A stretch of 63,966 nt of DNA, filler included. It is 6 parts of 6 records of this genome, joined end to end, with 100 filler letters (N's around TTAATTAATTAA, not from the genome) between each part and the next. Parts side by side here need not be neighbours in the genome. Positions count along the whole stretch, not along the records: positions 36,842 to 46,989 come from SRR2962707_1507; positions 47,090 to 56,750 come from SRR2962707_1511; 4 more parts are not named here. One strand, 5' to 3'. The notes under the pieces were generated by a model. The model did no database searches, was not told the origin of the DNA, and saw nothing but the letters and a program-made list of their open reading frames with translations. Position numbers and translations under genes: made by a program. Below, piece by piece: positions 41,860 to 51,478 of the stretch (position 1 is the stretch's first letter; each line of letters starts with the position of its first letter).

Positions 41860-43616
41860 CGTCCTAATAGCAGTGAGTTCGGATTGCGCTCGATACTGCG
41901 CGCCAGTGATCGAAACGACTCCGCGGTGGTGGAGATGTCGCGAAGAACGCCCCTTATATCATTATAGAAGCGGGAGTCTGAGTCATAACCCGAAACAACC
42001 GCTTGCAGCCCGTCTGCGGCCTCATTGAGGCGTTTGGCAAGGGCGGGAAGCGTGCTTGCAGCTGTGTCGATCGACTTGAGAGCGCTGTCGGCACTGCGCA
42101 GCGTGGTGTTCAGATTGTCGATGGCTCCACCCTCGCGGATCGCGGTGACAAGAGAACGGACTTCCTGAAGCGTCTGGTCAATCGTCCCGGGGATGCGGTC
42201 CATGCCGTCTGCAGCCAGTACGCCCTCAGCAGTGCCGGTCAGTTTCGAGATGTTGCCAAGCGCCTGTGTCGCAGCCGTCATCAACTCCTCTATGGGAAGG
42301 TTGGAGATGCGCGTGACTAGACCGTTGACGCCGGAATCCGCGTCGGCAACGGCTGCGGGCGCCGTTGGCAACATCAGTCTGCCGTCGGGACTGACCGTGA
42401 TTTCAGCTGCGGGTTGCGAGGGCAGGCTGACCAGTTCCAGGATCACTGTCTGGCCAAACAGACCTTCCGACCCGACACGAGCGCGCAACCCATTGGCAAC
42501 ACGGGTACCGAGCCGTTCGCGGATCTCCGCGGGCGTCATGTCCTTGGGCAGCCCAAGCCGTGTGGGCGAGAGGCGCAGATCAACACGCAGTCTTACCGGG
42601 CCATCGCTGCCGTCTTCTGATGCAACTCCGACCAGGTCCTGGACCTCACCCACCTTCACCCCCCTGAATTGCACAATTGTATCGAGCCCAAGGCCATCGA
42701 CGTCGGTGTCGAGCAGGATTGACGCCGTAATGGGTGGGGCCACATCGGCATCAAATGCGTCTGCACGGGCCACTGGTTCACTCGCAAAGACATCGAAGAT
42801 GTGGCCGTCGGTGACGGGATCCCCTCCCGTGACGGGTGTTCCGAAGGTGACGCCGCCTTCCAGCAGCGCAGCCAGACTGTCGACCTTTAGTGCGAGACCC
42901 TGTGCGCCGAGATTGAATGACAGGCCTGAAGCATCCCAGAACCGCGCATTGGTTGTCAGCCGCTCATCGTAGGGTTTGAGTATGAAAGCCTCCATCGTCA
43001 CGGTCGTTCCGGAGCTGGAGAGAGTTGGTTGCCCGATCCTTCCGACTTCGATGCCGCTGGTGAGAACCGGAGCTCCTGCCGCCAGCTGGCCTCCGGCCCG
43101 GGCTCTGAGCACAATACGGGTTCCTTCCTCGCCAAAAGAGGCAAGCGGGGGAACTTCGAGGGCGACAAAGCGATCGGCCCTGATGCCCTCCTTGCCGTCC
43201 CAGTTTGCAGCGATGTAGACGCCTGAAAGCAAGGTGCCGATACCGCTGACGCCGCGTGCCGTGACCTTCGGCTCCACAAGCCAGAACTCGGCCTCGGTAT
43301 CGACATAACGCGCTATGGTCTTGTCGATCCGGACCTGTGCTTCCACCGCGGCCATGCCATCGGAAAACCCGACAGTCTCGACAATGCCGACGCGCAAATC
43401 ACGGATGCGCACTTCCGTCGCGCCGGCGCTTATCCCGGACGCTGACTTGAAGATGATGGTGATCAGAGGCCCTTTGGAAGCATAGTTGTTCCACACGACA
43501 CCGGCCGAGACCGCCAGTGCCAGAAGCGGCATGAGCCATATCATCGACGGGCGACGTCTGCGGGTCTCACGCTGTGGGGAAGGCAGGTTTTGCAGATCCG
43601 GGGCAGCGTTGCTCAT
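41856..43616 (-). CDS. pqiB: PqiB / MCE-domain intermembrane transport protein
   Basis: IWLMPLLAL TM, GPLITI.F..A.GI..G.T, FWLVEP, three MCE-like repeats, C-terminal IERNPNSLLLGR. Confidence 0.92.
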   Translation of the reverse strand: MSNAAPDLQNLPSPQRETRRRRPSMIWLMPLLALAVSAGVVWNNYASKGPLITIIFKSASGISAGATEVRIRDLRVGIVETVGFSDGMAAVEAQVRIDKTIARYVDTEAEFWLVEPKVTARGVSGIGTLLSGVYIAANWDGKEGIRADRFVALEVPPLASFGEEGTRIVLRARAGGQLAAGAPVLTSGIEVGRIGQPTLSSSGTTVTMEAFILKPYDERLTTNARFWDASGLSFNLGAQGLALKVDSLAALLEGGVTFGTPVTGGDPVTDGHIFDVFASEPVARADAFDADVAPPITASILLDTDVDGLGLDTIVQFRGVKVGEVQDLVGVASEDGSDGPVRLRVDLRLSPTRLGLPKDMTPAEIRERLGTRVANGLRARVGSEGLFGQTVILELVSLPSQPAAEITVSPDGRLMLPTAPAAVADADSGVNGLVTRISNLPIEELMTAATQALGNISKLTGTAEGVLAADGMDRIPGTIDQTLQEVRSLVTAIREGGAIDNLNTTLRSADSALKSIDTAASTLPALAKRLNEAADGLQAVVSGYDSDSRFYNDIRGVLRDISTTAESFRSLARSIERNPNSLLLGR

Positions 43617-44221
43617 TGAGCTGTTCCTTCATCGGTAATATCCCAGATCAGACGTGGGTCGAATGCCTGGGCGGACAACATCGTGAACACGACGGAAAGC
43701 GCGAAACAGGCTGCCGCCAGGCCTGGCTTGATGGATGCCAGCACGTCGAACTGAACCAGTGCCACGAGTATGGCAACCACAAACACATCGATCATCGACC
43801 AGCGGCCGATGAATTCCACGGCCGAGTGCAGAGTGTGCAATTTGTGCGGGTCCTTGTTGTGCGGGCGCGACAACAGCACAGCCAGATAGGCAATCACGAT
43901 AAATTTCCCGACCGGAATGACCACACTCGCTACGAATACGATCGCGGCAATGGCATAGGCATGATGATGAATGAGATCGACGACACCCCCAACGATCGTG
44001 CTGTCCTGCGACTTGAACATCTGTGTCGTGCGCAACATTGGGTACATGTTTGCCGGAACATAAACAATCAGCCCGGCAATGAGCCACGCCAGGACCCGCT
44101 GTATGCTTCCATCGTCGCGGCTTTGCATCCGCGCATGACAACGCGGGCAAGAGGCGACGTCCGGCCGAGCAACAATCCCGCAATTGGTGCAGGCAACCAT
44201 GCCTGCATCGCGCGCTGTCAT
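43613..44221 (-). CDS. pqiA: Paraquat-inducible protein A (second half-gene)
   Basis: CxxC...CPRC, YVPAN.YP, IGRWSMIDVFVV; ATG overlaps the upstream stop (TGATG); alternative start at 44251. Confidence 0.9.
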   Translation of the reverse strand: MTARDAGMVACTNCGIVARPDVASCPRCHARMQSRDDGSIQRVLAWLIAGLIVYVPANMYPMLRTTQMFKSQDSTIVGGVVDLIHHHAYAIAAIVFVASVVIPVGKFIVIAYLAVLLSRPHNKDPHKLHTLHSAVEFIGRWSMIDVFVVAILVALVQFDVLASIKPGLAAACFALSVVFTMLSAQAFDPRLIWDITDEGTAQ

Positions 44222-44838
44222 CAGGCTGTGTTGGTGGCCAGGGATGTCCATAGCGTGTTCCTGCACATGAAGGTGTCTTGAAGAGTGTTGACGATGACAA
44301 GCAGGACGAACGCCCAAAATGCCGCCCCGGTGTCGACGGTTGCCATTCCGGCGAGTTTGACCAACGCTACGGCAACGCCGACCATGAAGATTTCCGCCAT
44401 TGCCCAAGGCTTGAGCTGGAATGCCCATCGCAGTGCGGATTGTGCACCGGCAGCATTTCCATAGCCGGCCAGAAGCGGTGCGAGTGCGTATATTAGCAGA
44501 AATGAACGTGCCAGGGGAACGACAATGATGAAGACCAGAACGGCAAATGCCAAAGGCACCATAATTCCGGTGGCAAAGCCCAGCACGACATCAACGACAG
44601 ATGCGCTGGAATCAAACGGTCCTGCGTCCAAATACAGAAAAGGTGCGAACAGGATGATCCCCATCAAAATTGTTGAGGTCAGCGCCAGTCCCACCACCCG
44701 CGTGATCGCTTCCGACTTGCCAAGCGTCAACTGATATCCACAGCGTACACAGCGCGTTCGGGTAACCATCTCCTCTGCGGAAAACCTGTAAATGACATCG
44801 CAATGGGGGCAGGCGATGCATCCGGAGTCGTAAATCAT
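44221..44838 (-). CDS. pqiA: Paraquat-inducible protein A (first half-gene)
   Basis: ACPHCD...CVRCG, PWAMAEIFMVGVAVALVK. Confidence 0.9.
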   Translation of the reverse strand: MIYDSGCIACPHCDVIYRFSAEEMVTRTRCVRCGYQLTLGKSEAITRVVGLALTSTILMGIILFAPFLYLDAGPFDSSASVVDVVLGFATGIMVPLAFAVLVFIIVVPLARSFLLIYALAPLLAGYGNAAGAQSALRWAFQLKPWAMAEIFMVGVAVALVKLAGMATVDTGAAFWAFVLLVIVNTLQDTFMCRNTLWTSLATNTA

Positions 44839-45270
44839 TGCGGCTCCTGTTCAAGGGTAGGATGGAACAACGTCAGACCTACAGTGCTATGTGGCAGTAA
44901 CAAAACTGCCGTCAACATGTATCTCATTATGATGATGTCTTTTCGTCCGGCATTGACCGTCAAGCGCCCTTGGTTGCGCTTTACAGGAAATGCCTGGTGC
45001 AGCGCCACTGGAACTCGTAGCAAAAGATGATCTTTTGCTACGCATTTGAAGCGGCATCATGACGGCTTAAAGACTCAAGATCGGAAAACAGAATTACCGA
45101 CCGTGAAGGAATGTGGTGCGGGTGTGCAATTTTCGATCACCACACCGACCGTCTAACCTCTTCATCAGCAAATTTTGCCAGCATCAAGGCTGCTGAGGCT
45201 TTGCCGCAATCAGGTGACGGTCGTTGGCGATCCCGATGTCGATATCGGCTGCCGGGTGCGACCGCGCAGG

Positions 45271-46737
45271 CTAGCTGCCGTTGATATAGGTGGCCAGTGT
45301 CGCCTCTGTTCCATTGTGCCAGAGCGCTGTGAGGGCTGTTGCAAAAGCTTTGGAAAAAGCGGTGCTGCTGCCGAGATCACCGTAGATGTCTGCCATTTCG
45401 AGCCATTTCTGCGGGGTGTCCCTGGCAAGTCTTGCCTGTGCTGTCAGCCGGTCCCAGTTGGGGTCGTTTGGCGGAATGACTGTGCCATTGTCGGTCGTTC
45501 CGTAGCAATAGCGGCACCAAAGAGCGGACTCGAGCGCCAAGCCTCCCACCGGCTGGCCTGCGGTCAGCCGTGCGTCTATCGTTGGCAGAATGAACTTCGG
45601 CTGCCGGTTTGATCCGTCAAAACACAGCCGCGGGATGGTGTCGCCGATCGCCGGGTTGGAAAAACGCTCAACGCATTTGCTGAAATAGCTTTCCGTGCTG
45701 ACACCCTCGATGCTCGGCACCGTCGGCATGATCTCGTCATGCTGCAACTTGCTGAGAAAGCCTGCGACCAGAGGGTTTTCCATCGCCTCATGAACGTAGG
45801 TGATCCCCATCAACCCGGCCGGATAGGCGATGGTTGCATGGCCGCCATTAAGGATACGCAGTTTCATCAGCTCGTAAGGTGCGACATCTGCCACGAACTG
45901 CACGCCGACAGTCTCCAGCGCCGGACGTCCCATCGGGAAATTGTCTTCAAGCACCCATTGCCGAAAGGGCTCGCAGACGACAGGTGCTGCATCCTCAACC
46001 CCGAATTTTTCAGCCACAATGCCAATCTCGCGGGGGCCGGTCGCGGGCGTAATGCAGTCGACCATGCCACATGGAAACGCGACATTGGCGCCAATCCATT
46101 CGGCGGCGTCATCACTGCGCCGCTTTGCCAGGCCAATGACCGCGTTGCGTGCAACGTGGCCGTTCTCGGGGAGATTGTCGCATGACATCACGGTAAACGG
46201 GGCGATGCCTGCTGCCCGCCGCGCCATCAGAGCTGCTATGATCAGCCCGAAAACGGTCGTCGGATGGTCGGGGTTTTCTGCATCGGCGATGATGTCTGGA
46301 TGCGTCGCATCGAAGCCACCGGTCTTTGCATCGATATAGTAGCCGCCTTCGGTCACGGTCAGCGAGACAATGCGGATCTCGGGCCTCGCCATCGTCTCGA
46401 TCAGCCTGCCCGCGTCGATGGCACAGAAGTCGATCATCGAGCCGCATATCGTGGCTGAGTAGCCTGCGGGATCCAGCTCGACGACAGTTGTCAGCCAGTC
46501 CTGCGGCGCAAGGCGCTGGCGCATGGCTTCGTCATAGGGTTTGACGCCGGCGCCGACGATCGCCCAGTCGTGATCGCGTCCGATCTCGAACAGGCGGTGG
46601 AGATAGACTGCCTGATGCGCCCGGTGGAAATTGCCGACACCAATATGCACGATGCCGGGGCTCAGCGCTGTGCGGTCATAGCCGGGCACATGGATGCCAT
46701 CGGCAAGCTTGTTCAGGTTGGCGTTCGAGAGTTTCAT
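45271..46737 (-). CDS. mtlK: Mannitol 2-dehydrogenase
   Basis: GIVHIGVGNFHRAHQA, SLTVTEGGY, SCDN, MVDCITP, EPFRQWVLED, KLRILNGGH; coupled to the sorbitol dehydrogenase gene by TGATG. Confidence 0.92.
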   Translation of the reverse strand: MKLSNANLNKLADGIHVPGYDRTALSPGIVHIGVGNFHRAHQAVYLHRLFEIGRDHDWAIVGAGVKPYDEAMRQRLAPQDWLTTVVELDPAGYSATICGSMIDFCAIDAGRLIETMARPEIRIVSLTVTEGGYYIDAKTGGFDATHPDIIADAENPDHPTTVFGLIIAALMARRAAGIAPFTVMSCDNLPENGHVARNAVIGLAKRRSDDAAEWIGANVAFPCGMVDCITPATGPREIGIVAEKFGVEDAAPVVCEPFRQWVLEDNFPMGRPALETVGVQFVADVAPYELMKLRILNGGHATIAYPAGLMGITYVHEAMENPLVAGFLSKLQHDEIMPTVPSIEGVSTESYFSKCVERFSNPAIGDTIPRLCFDGSNRQPKFILPTIDARLTAGQPVGGLALESALWCRYCYGTTDNGTVIPPNDPNWDRLTAQARLARDTPQKWLEMADIYGDLGSSTAFSKAFATALTALWHNGTEATLATYINGS

Positions 46738-46989
46738 CAGCTCATCCACTGCCCGCCGTCGACATTGTATGTCTGCGACAGGATGTAGTCGGACTCGGGC
46801 GAGGCAAGAAAGATCGCCATGCCGGTCAGGTCATCGGGCTTTGCAAAGCGGCCTGCGGGCACGCTCGCGGCGACTTCGGCTTTTTTCTGGCCGGGCTCTT
46901 TGTTTTCCAGCTTGGCGAACATCGCGTCGACATGCTCCCAGTGCTCGCCGTCGACAACGCCGGGGGCGATGGCGTTGACGTTGATGCCG
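46737..46989 (-). CDS. smoS: Sorbitol (L-iditol) 2-dehydrogenase, SDR family, 3' fragment
   Basis: GINVNAIAPGVVDGEHWEHVDAMFAK...QTYNVDGGQWMS; the order smoS-mtlK is typical. Confidence 0.88.
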
Positions 46990-47089
46990 NNNNNNNNNNN
47001 NNNNNNNNNNNNNNNNNNNNNNNNNNNNNNNNNTTAATTAATTAANNNNNNNNNNNNNNNNNNNNNNNNNNNNNNNNNNNNNNNNNNNN
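46990..47089. other. Artificial contig spacer
   Basis: N44-TTAATTAATTAA-N44. Confidence 0.98.
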
Positions 47090-47949
47090 ATGGCGCCATC
47101 GAGCGCCTTGTCCAGATCGGCATCATCAAACACCACGAAGGGGGCATTGCCGCCCAGTTCCATCGAGCAATTGATCACCTGATCGGCCGCTTCAACCAGC
47201 AGTTTGCGGCCCACCGCGGTCGAGCCGGTGAAAGAGAGCTTGCGCACCCGATCATCATGCAACATGGCCGAAACCAGCTTCCCCGAACTTGAGGTGGTGA
47301 CGACATTGACCACGCCCTGGGGCACGCCCGATTCTTCCATCAGCGCGGCCATGGCATAGGCGGTCAGCGGTGTTTCGGTGGCTGGCTTGAGCACAACGGT
47401 ACAGCCCGCGGCCAGGGCCGGACCTATCTTGCGGGTCGCCATGGCGGCGGGGAAATTCCACGGCGTCACCAGCACGGAAACCCCGATCGGCTGATGTGTC
47501 ACCAGGATCTTGTTATTGCCGCTCGGCGCGGTCGAAAAATCACCATTCAGCCGCACGGCTTCTTCGGAAAACCAGCGAAAGAACTCGGCCGCATAGGTGA
47601 CTTCACCGCGCGCATCGGGCAGCGCCTTGCCATTTTCAAGGCTGATCAGCCGGGCGAACATCTCAGTGCGCGCCACCATCAGCTCCCAGCACTTGCGCAG
47701 GATCTCGCCGCGCTGCCGCGGCGCCATTGCGGCCCATGCCGGCAGGGCATCATGGGCGGCTTTGACTGCCGCCAGACCATCATCAACCGTCGCATCGGCA
47801 ATGCTGGCAATGACCTTGCCGGTCGAGGGATCAAGAACGTCGATCCGCTTGCCCTCGGCCCCGGCGCGCCAGGCGCCACCAATATAGAGGTCGGTCTTGA
47901 CGGCAGCTTCAATGCCAAAGGATTTGAGCGCTTCAGGAAGAGACAGCAT
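47090..47949 (-). CDS. NAD(P)-dependent succinate-semialdehyde dehydrogenase-like aldehyde dehydrogenase, 3' truncated
   Basis: [28 protein letters not shown]. Confidence 0.9.
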
Positions 47950-47961
47950 GAAAAAGTTTCC

Positions 47962-49188
47962 TTAATTGGCGAGCTGGGTACGGTCGCCGGTATAGGCAGC
48001 ATTGATAATGGCCTGCATGGCAGGCAGATCGAGTGGGCGCGGGTTGTTCTTGACCAAACGCGCAGCCCCCAGAGATTGTTCAGCGGTCCAGTCCAGCTGA
48101 TCTTGAGCCAGACCCAGCGCCGCAAGATTGGCCGGGATGCCGATGGCGCCAAACAGGGTTTCAACCGCCACAATGGCCCGCTCGGCATTGCCCCGGTCAT
48201 CATCGCCCGCTTCGGCCACCCCCATCGCCACAGCGACCTCGGCCATCGACGCTGTTGCATGGCCCAGATTGAAGGTCATGGAATAGGGGAGCAGACACGC
48301 AACGCCTGCGCCATGCGCCGTCTTGGTCAGGGCCCCAACCGGATATTGAATGGCGTGCGCCGCCGAGGTGCCCGCCGTGCCAAAGGCCAGTCCGGCCAGT
48401 AGCGCGCCATACATCACGCTTTCGCGGGCGGCAAGATCCTGGCCGTTCTCGACGGAGCGGCGCAATCCGAGCGCCAGATAGCCGATGGCTTCGCGCGCAT
48501 GGCCATCGCTGAGCGCATTCTTGCCGACAAACACATGCTCATGGCTGGTCCCGGCATCAACACTGCGCGGTCCCGCCGTCAGCGCTTCAATGGCATGGGT
48601 CAGTGCATCGGCACCGGCAATCGCGGTCAGACCGGCTGGCGCGCTCAGCGTCAGTTCAGGATCGCAGATGGCCACCAGCGGAATGATATGCGGACTGGCA
48701 ATACCTACCTTGAGCAGGCGTTCGCTATCGGCGACCACCGCTACCGGCGTTGCTTCAGACCCTGTGCCCGCTGTTGTCGGCACGGCAATCAGCGGCAGCA
48801 CTGGGCCGGGCACCTTGAACTCACCGAAATAATCACGCGGCGAGCCACCATGAGCCAGCAGAATGGCCGTGACCTTGGCCATATCCAGACATGAGCCACC
48901 GCCCAGCCCGATCAGCAGATCAGGCCCAAAGCTCTGGCCAAAGGCTACACATTGATCAATGCAGTCCAGCGGCACCTCGGGCAGGGTGCGATCAAACACC
49001 GCCACCGCAACTCCGGCAGTCTTGAGTGCATCGACCAGTTCGCCAAGCGCGGCGCTGCCGCCCATCCGTTCATCGGTGACGATCAGCGCCTTCTGACCCA
49101 GGGCGCGGGCATGCATGGCGAGCGAGGCCCGTTGACCGGACCCGAATACGATTGTGCGCGGCGCGCGTTGCAGGGCGAACAGGCTCAC
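47962..49188 (-). CDS. Iron-containing alcohol dehydrogenase
   Basis: GLGGGSCLDMAK, VPTTAGTGSE, DALTHAIE, AHAIQY...HG. Confidence 0.92.
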   Translation of the reverse strand: MSLFALQRAPRTIVFGSGQRASLAMHARALGQKALIVTDERMGGSAALGELVDALKTAGVAVAVFDRTLPEVPLDCIDQCVAFGQSFGPDLLIGLGGGSCLDMAKVTAILLAHGGSPRDYFGEFKVPGPVLPLIAVPTTAGTGSEATPVAVVADSERLLKVGIASPHIIPLVAICDPELTLSAPAGLTAIAGADALTHAIEALTAGPRSVDAGTSHEHVFVGKNALSDGHAREAIGYLALGLRRSVENGQDLAARESVMYGALLAGLAFGTAGTSAAHAIQYPVGALTKTAHGAGVACLLPYSMTFNLGHATASMAEVAVAMGVAEAGDDDRGNAERAIVAVETLFGAIGIPANLAALGLAQDQLDWTAEQSLGAARLVKNNPRPLDLPAMQAIINAAYTGDRTQLAN

Positions 49189-50210
49189 GGTGTTTCCTTT
49201 TCGGCCAGCGCCGCATCGCGCAGTTTTTGCATGGTGGCCCAGACATTGTCCGCCAGTTCAATCCCCGCCGACAACCGCGCCGCCTTGCGCGCCCGGCCAC
49301 GCTCGCCGGGAATGATCACTGCGTCAAAGCCTGGCATGGGTCTGGTCTTGCGCACGGTCTCGAGATACGCCGACAACGCCGCCCCCTGCCCCGATAGCGG
49401 ATCAATCACAATGAACACGTCGCCCTTATTGCTGGGGCGTACGGCGTCGAGCGTGCCGGTGACGTCGCGGCCCAGCGCCGCACCAGTTAGTGCTGTCACC
49501 AGCAATTCAAACCCCAGACCCAACGCATAGCCCTTGGCCGCGCCGAACGGGGCAATGGCACCATACTTGGCGGCATTGGGGTCGGTAGTGGGCTGGCCCT
49601 CGGCATCCAGTGCCCAACCCTCGGGCAGCTTTGCGCCGCGATGTGCGTGGTCGTGAATTTCACCCATCGACACCAGGCTGGTGGCCAGATCAATGACGAA
49701 AGGACCGGCCTCGGTCGGCACGCCAATGGCAATGGGATTGGTACCCAGCTGCGCCACGCTGCCGCCAAACGGATGCACCAGCGCTTCACTGGTGGTCAGG
49801 ATGATCGCGACCAGCCCGGCCTCGGCGATCGCTTCGGCATACCAGGCCAGCATGCCGATATGATTGTTGTGGCTGATCGCCGCGACCGCGATTCCGGTCT
49901 GCCGCGCCCGCGCGCCAGCGACTTCTGCGGCATGTTGCGCCACCACCGGACCAAGCCCTTGTTGGCCATCAACGCTAAGAAAACTGTCGCTGCGCCAATG
50001 GTGCGAACCCCGCGTACGAGCATCGGCGACACCATTGCCAATGCGCTCAATGATCCGCTGCAAGCGCAAGAAGCCGTGTGAGGGTACGCCACGCAGCTCC
50101 GCATCCAGCAGCAGATCGGTCTGCAACTGGGCAGCCTCGACATCAACGCCTGCGCCCTCAAGCGCAACCTGTGCGGCGCGCCTGCAATCTTGAACCGAAA
50201 CCAGCGTCAT
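49185..50210 (-). CDS. Ldh_2 (malate/L-lactate/ureidoglycolate dehydrogenase-like) oxidoreductase
   Basis: ELRGVPSHG, NHIGML, GTNPIAIG, DLATS, KGYALGL, IPGE. Confidence 0.9.
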   Translation of the reverse strand: MTLVSVQDCRRAAQVALEGAGVDVEAAQLQTDLLLDAELRGVPSHGFLRLQRIIERIGNGVADARTRGSHHWRSDSFLSVDGQQGLGPVVAQHAAEVAGARARQTGIAVAAISHNNHIGMLAWYAEAIAEAGLVAIILTTSEALVHPFGGSVAQLGTNPIAIGVPTEAGPFVIDLATSLVSMGEIHDHAHRGAKLPEGWALDAEGQPTTDPNAAKYGAIAPFGAAKGYALGLGFELLVTALTGAALGRDVTGTLDAVRPSNKGDVFIVIDPLSGQGAALSAYLETVRKTRPMPGFDAVIIPGERGRARKAARLSAGIELADNVWATMQKLRDAALAEKETP

Positions 50211-50309
50211 AAGGGAAATCCGATACGATATAGGATTGGGAAAATGCGCGGTCCCCACCACGATGTCAACGCGGTCCAATCGACCCAACGATTCAGCGAG
50301 CTATTGCCT

Positions 50310-51338
50310 TCAGATCGGCTTGCGTGGGCGCGAGCTGTTTCGCGCAACGATACGCGGAGGCACCGTAAAATGATCGGCGGCGCTACGCCCATCGATACGC
50401 TCAACAACCAGACGCGCTGCCTGTAGACCCAGCAATTCACCGGACTGGTCCACGCTGGTCAGGCTGTTCTGGGCGAAGTCACAGAACATCGTATTGTCAT
50501 AGCCGACAATGGCAATGTCGTCAGGCACGGACAGCCCCAGGTCAACCGCGACGCTGATCGCCTCGAACGCCATCAGATCAGTCCAGCAGAAGATCGCATC
50601 AGGCCGATCCTTGCTTTCGAGCAATCGCCGCACAGCCACCTGTACGTCGCGTACGACCTGTGGCGCGCGAACGATGTTGATGGTCCCGCCGCATTTCTGC
50701 TCCATCATTTCGAGCCGATAACCCAGTTCGCGCTGCTCAATGACCGTGGAGGCCGGTTGCATCAGGCTGAGCATGGCAATATTGCGAAAACCATTGCCAA
50801 CAAGATGACGAACGACCAGACGAGCGCCGAGTTGGTCATCATTATTGACCGTGTCATATCCGTCGCCACTCTTGTCATGCTGGCCAATGGTCACCAGTGG
50901 AAGACGCGCGCCAGTGGCCGCCAGTGAGGCAGCACTTTCATTGGGGCCAATCAGGATCAACCCGTCCATCTGCCGATCAATCATCGCTTCAATCAAAGCG
51001 GCGGGCGTGGTGCTGAAGCCCTGCATGGCCTGATACTGCGTGCGCTCGAGCGCCGAGTTTACCCCGGCATAGACATCGGCAAAGAACGGGTTGCGCAGAT
51101 CGGGGAAGATCAGCCCCAGCGTATAGGTCTTGCCGCGCATGCCGCGCGCCGATGCACGGGGGCGATAGTTGAGCTTGTCCATCGAAGCGCGCACCTTGGC
51201 ACGCAACGCATCACTGACCCCATATGCATCCCGCAGCACCTTGGACACCGCCGCAACCGATACGCCCGCATCCTGGGCAACTTCGCGGATCGTGATCCGC
51301 TCTGCGGGCTTGGGTGGGGACGATACGGTCTTGGCCAT
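50310..51338 (-). CDS. LacI-family transcriptional regulator
   Basis: ITIREVAQDAGVSVAAVSKVL, VPDDIAIVGYDN, LTSVDQ. Confidence 0.95.
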   Translation of the reverse strand: MAKTVSSPPKPAERITIREVAQDAGVSVAAVSKVLRDAYGVSDALRAKVRASMDKLNYRPRASARGMRGKTYTLGLIFPDLRNPFFADVYAGVNSALERTQYQAMQGFSTTPAALIEAMIDRQMDGLILIGPNESAASLAATGARLPLVTIGQHDKSGDGYDTVNNDDQLGARLVVRHLVGNGFRNIAMLSLMQPASTVIEQRELGYRLEMMEQKCGGTINIVRAPQVVRDVQVAVRRLLESKDRPDAIFCWTDLMAFEAISVAVDLGLSVPDDIAIVGYDNTMFCDFAQNSLTSVDQSGELLGLQAARLVVERIDGRSAADHFTVPPRIVARNSSRPRKPI

Positions 51339-51413
51339 GCGACTTTGGGATTCCTCGTTTCGACCACTTCTCGCATGTTTTCAGCAAGGTGCCTATTGCC
51401 AAGCCAATCAAAA

Positions 51414-51464
51414 TGTAGAACGCTATACGTAGAACAGTCTACAACCGGGTCTACCGGTGTCTAT
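51414..51464. promoter_or_regulatory. Candidate LacI operator region (GTAGAAC and GTCTAC repeats)
   Basis: TGTAGAACGCTATACGTAGAACAGTCTACA: tandem imperfect palindromes between the divergent LacI and GH78 genes. Confidence 0.45.
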
Positions 51465-51478
51465 GGGAGGAATTCCGC

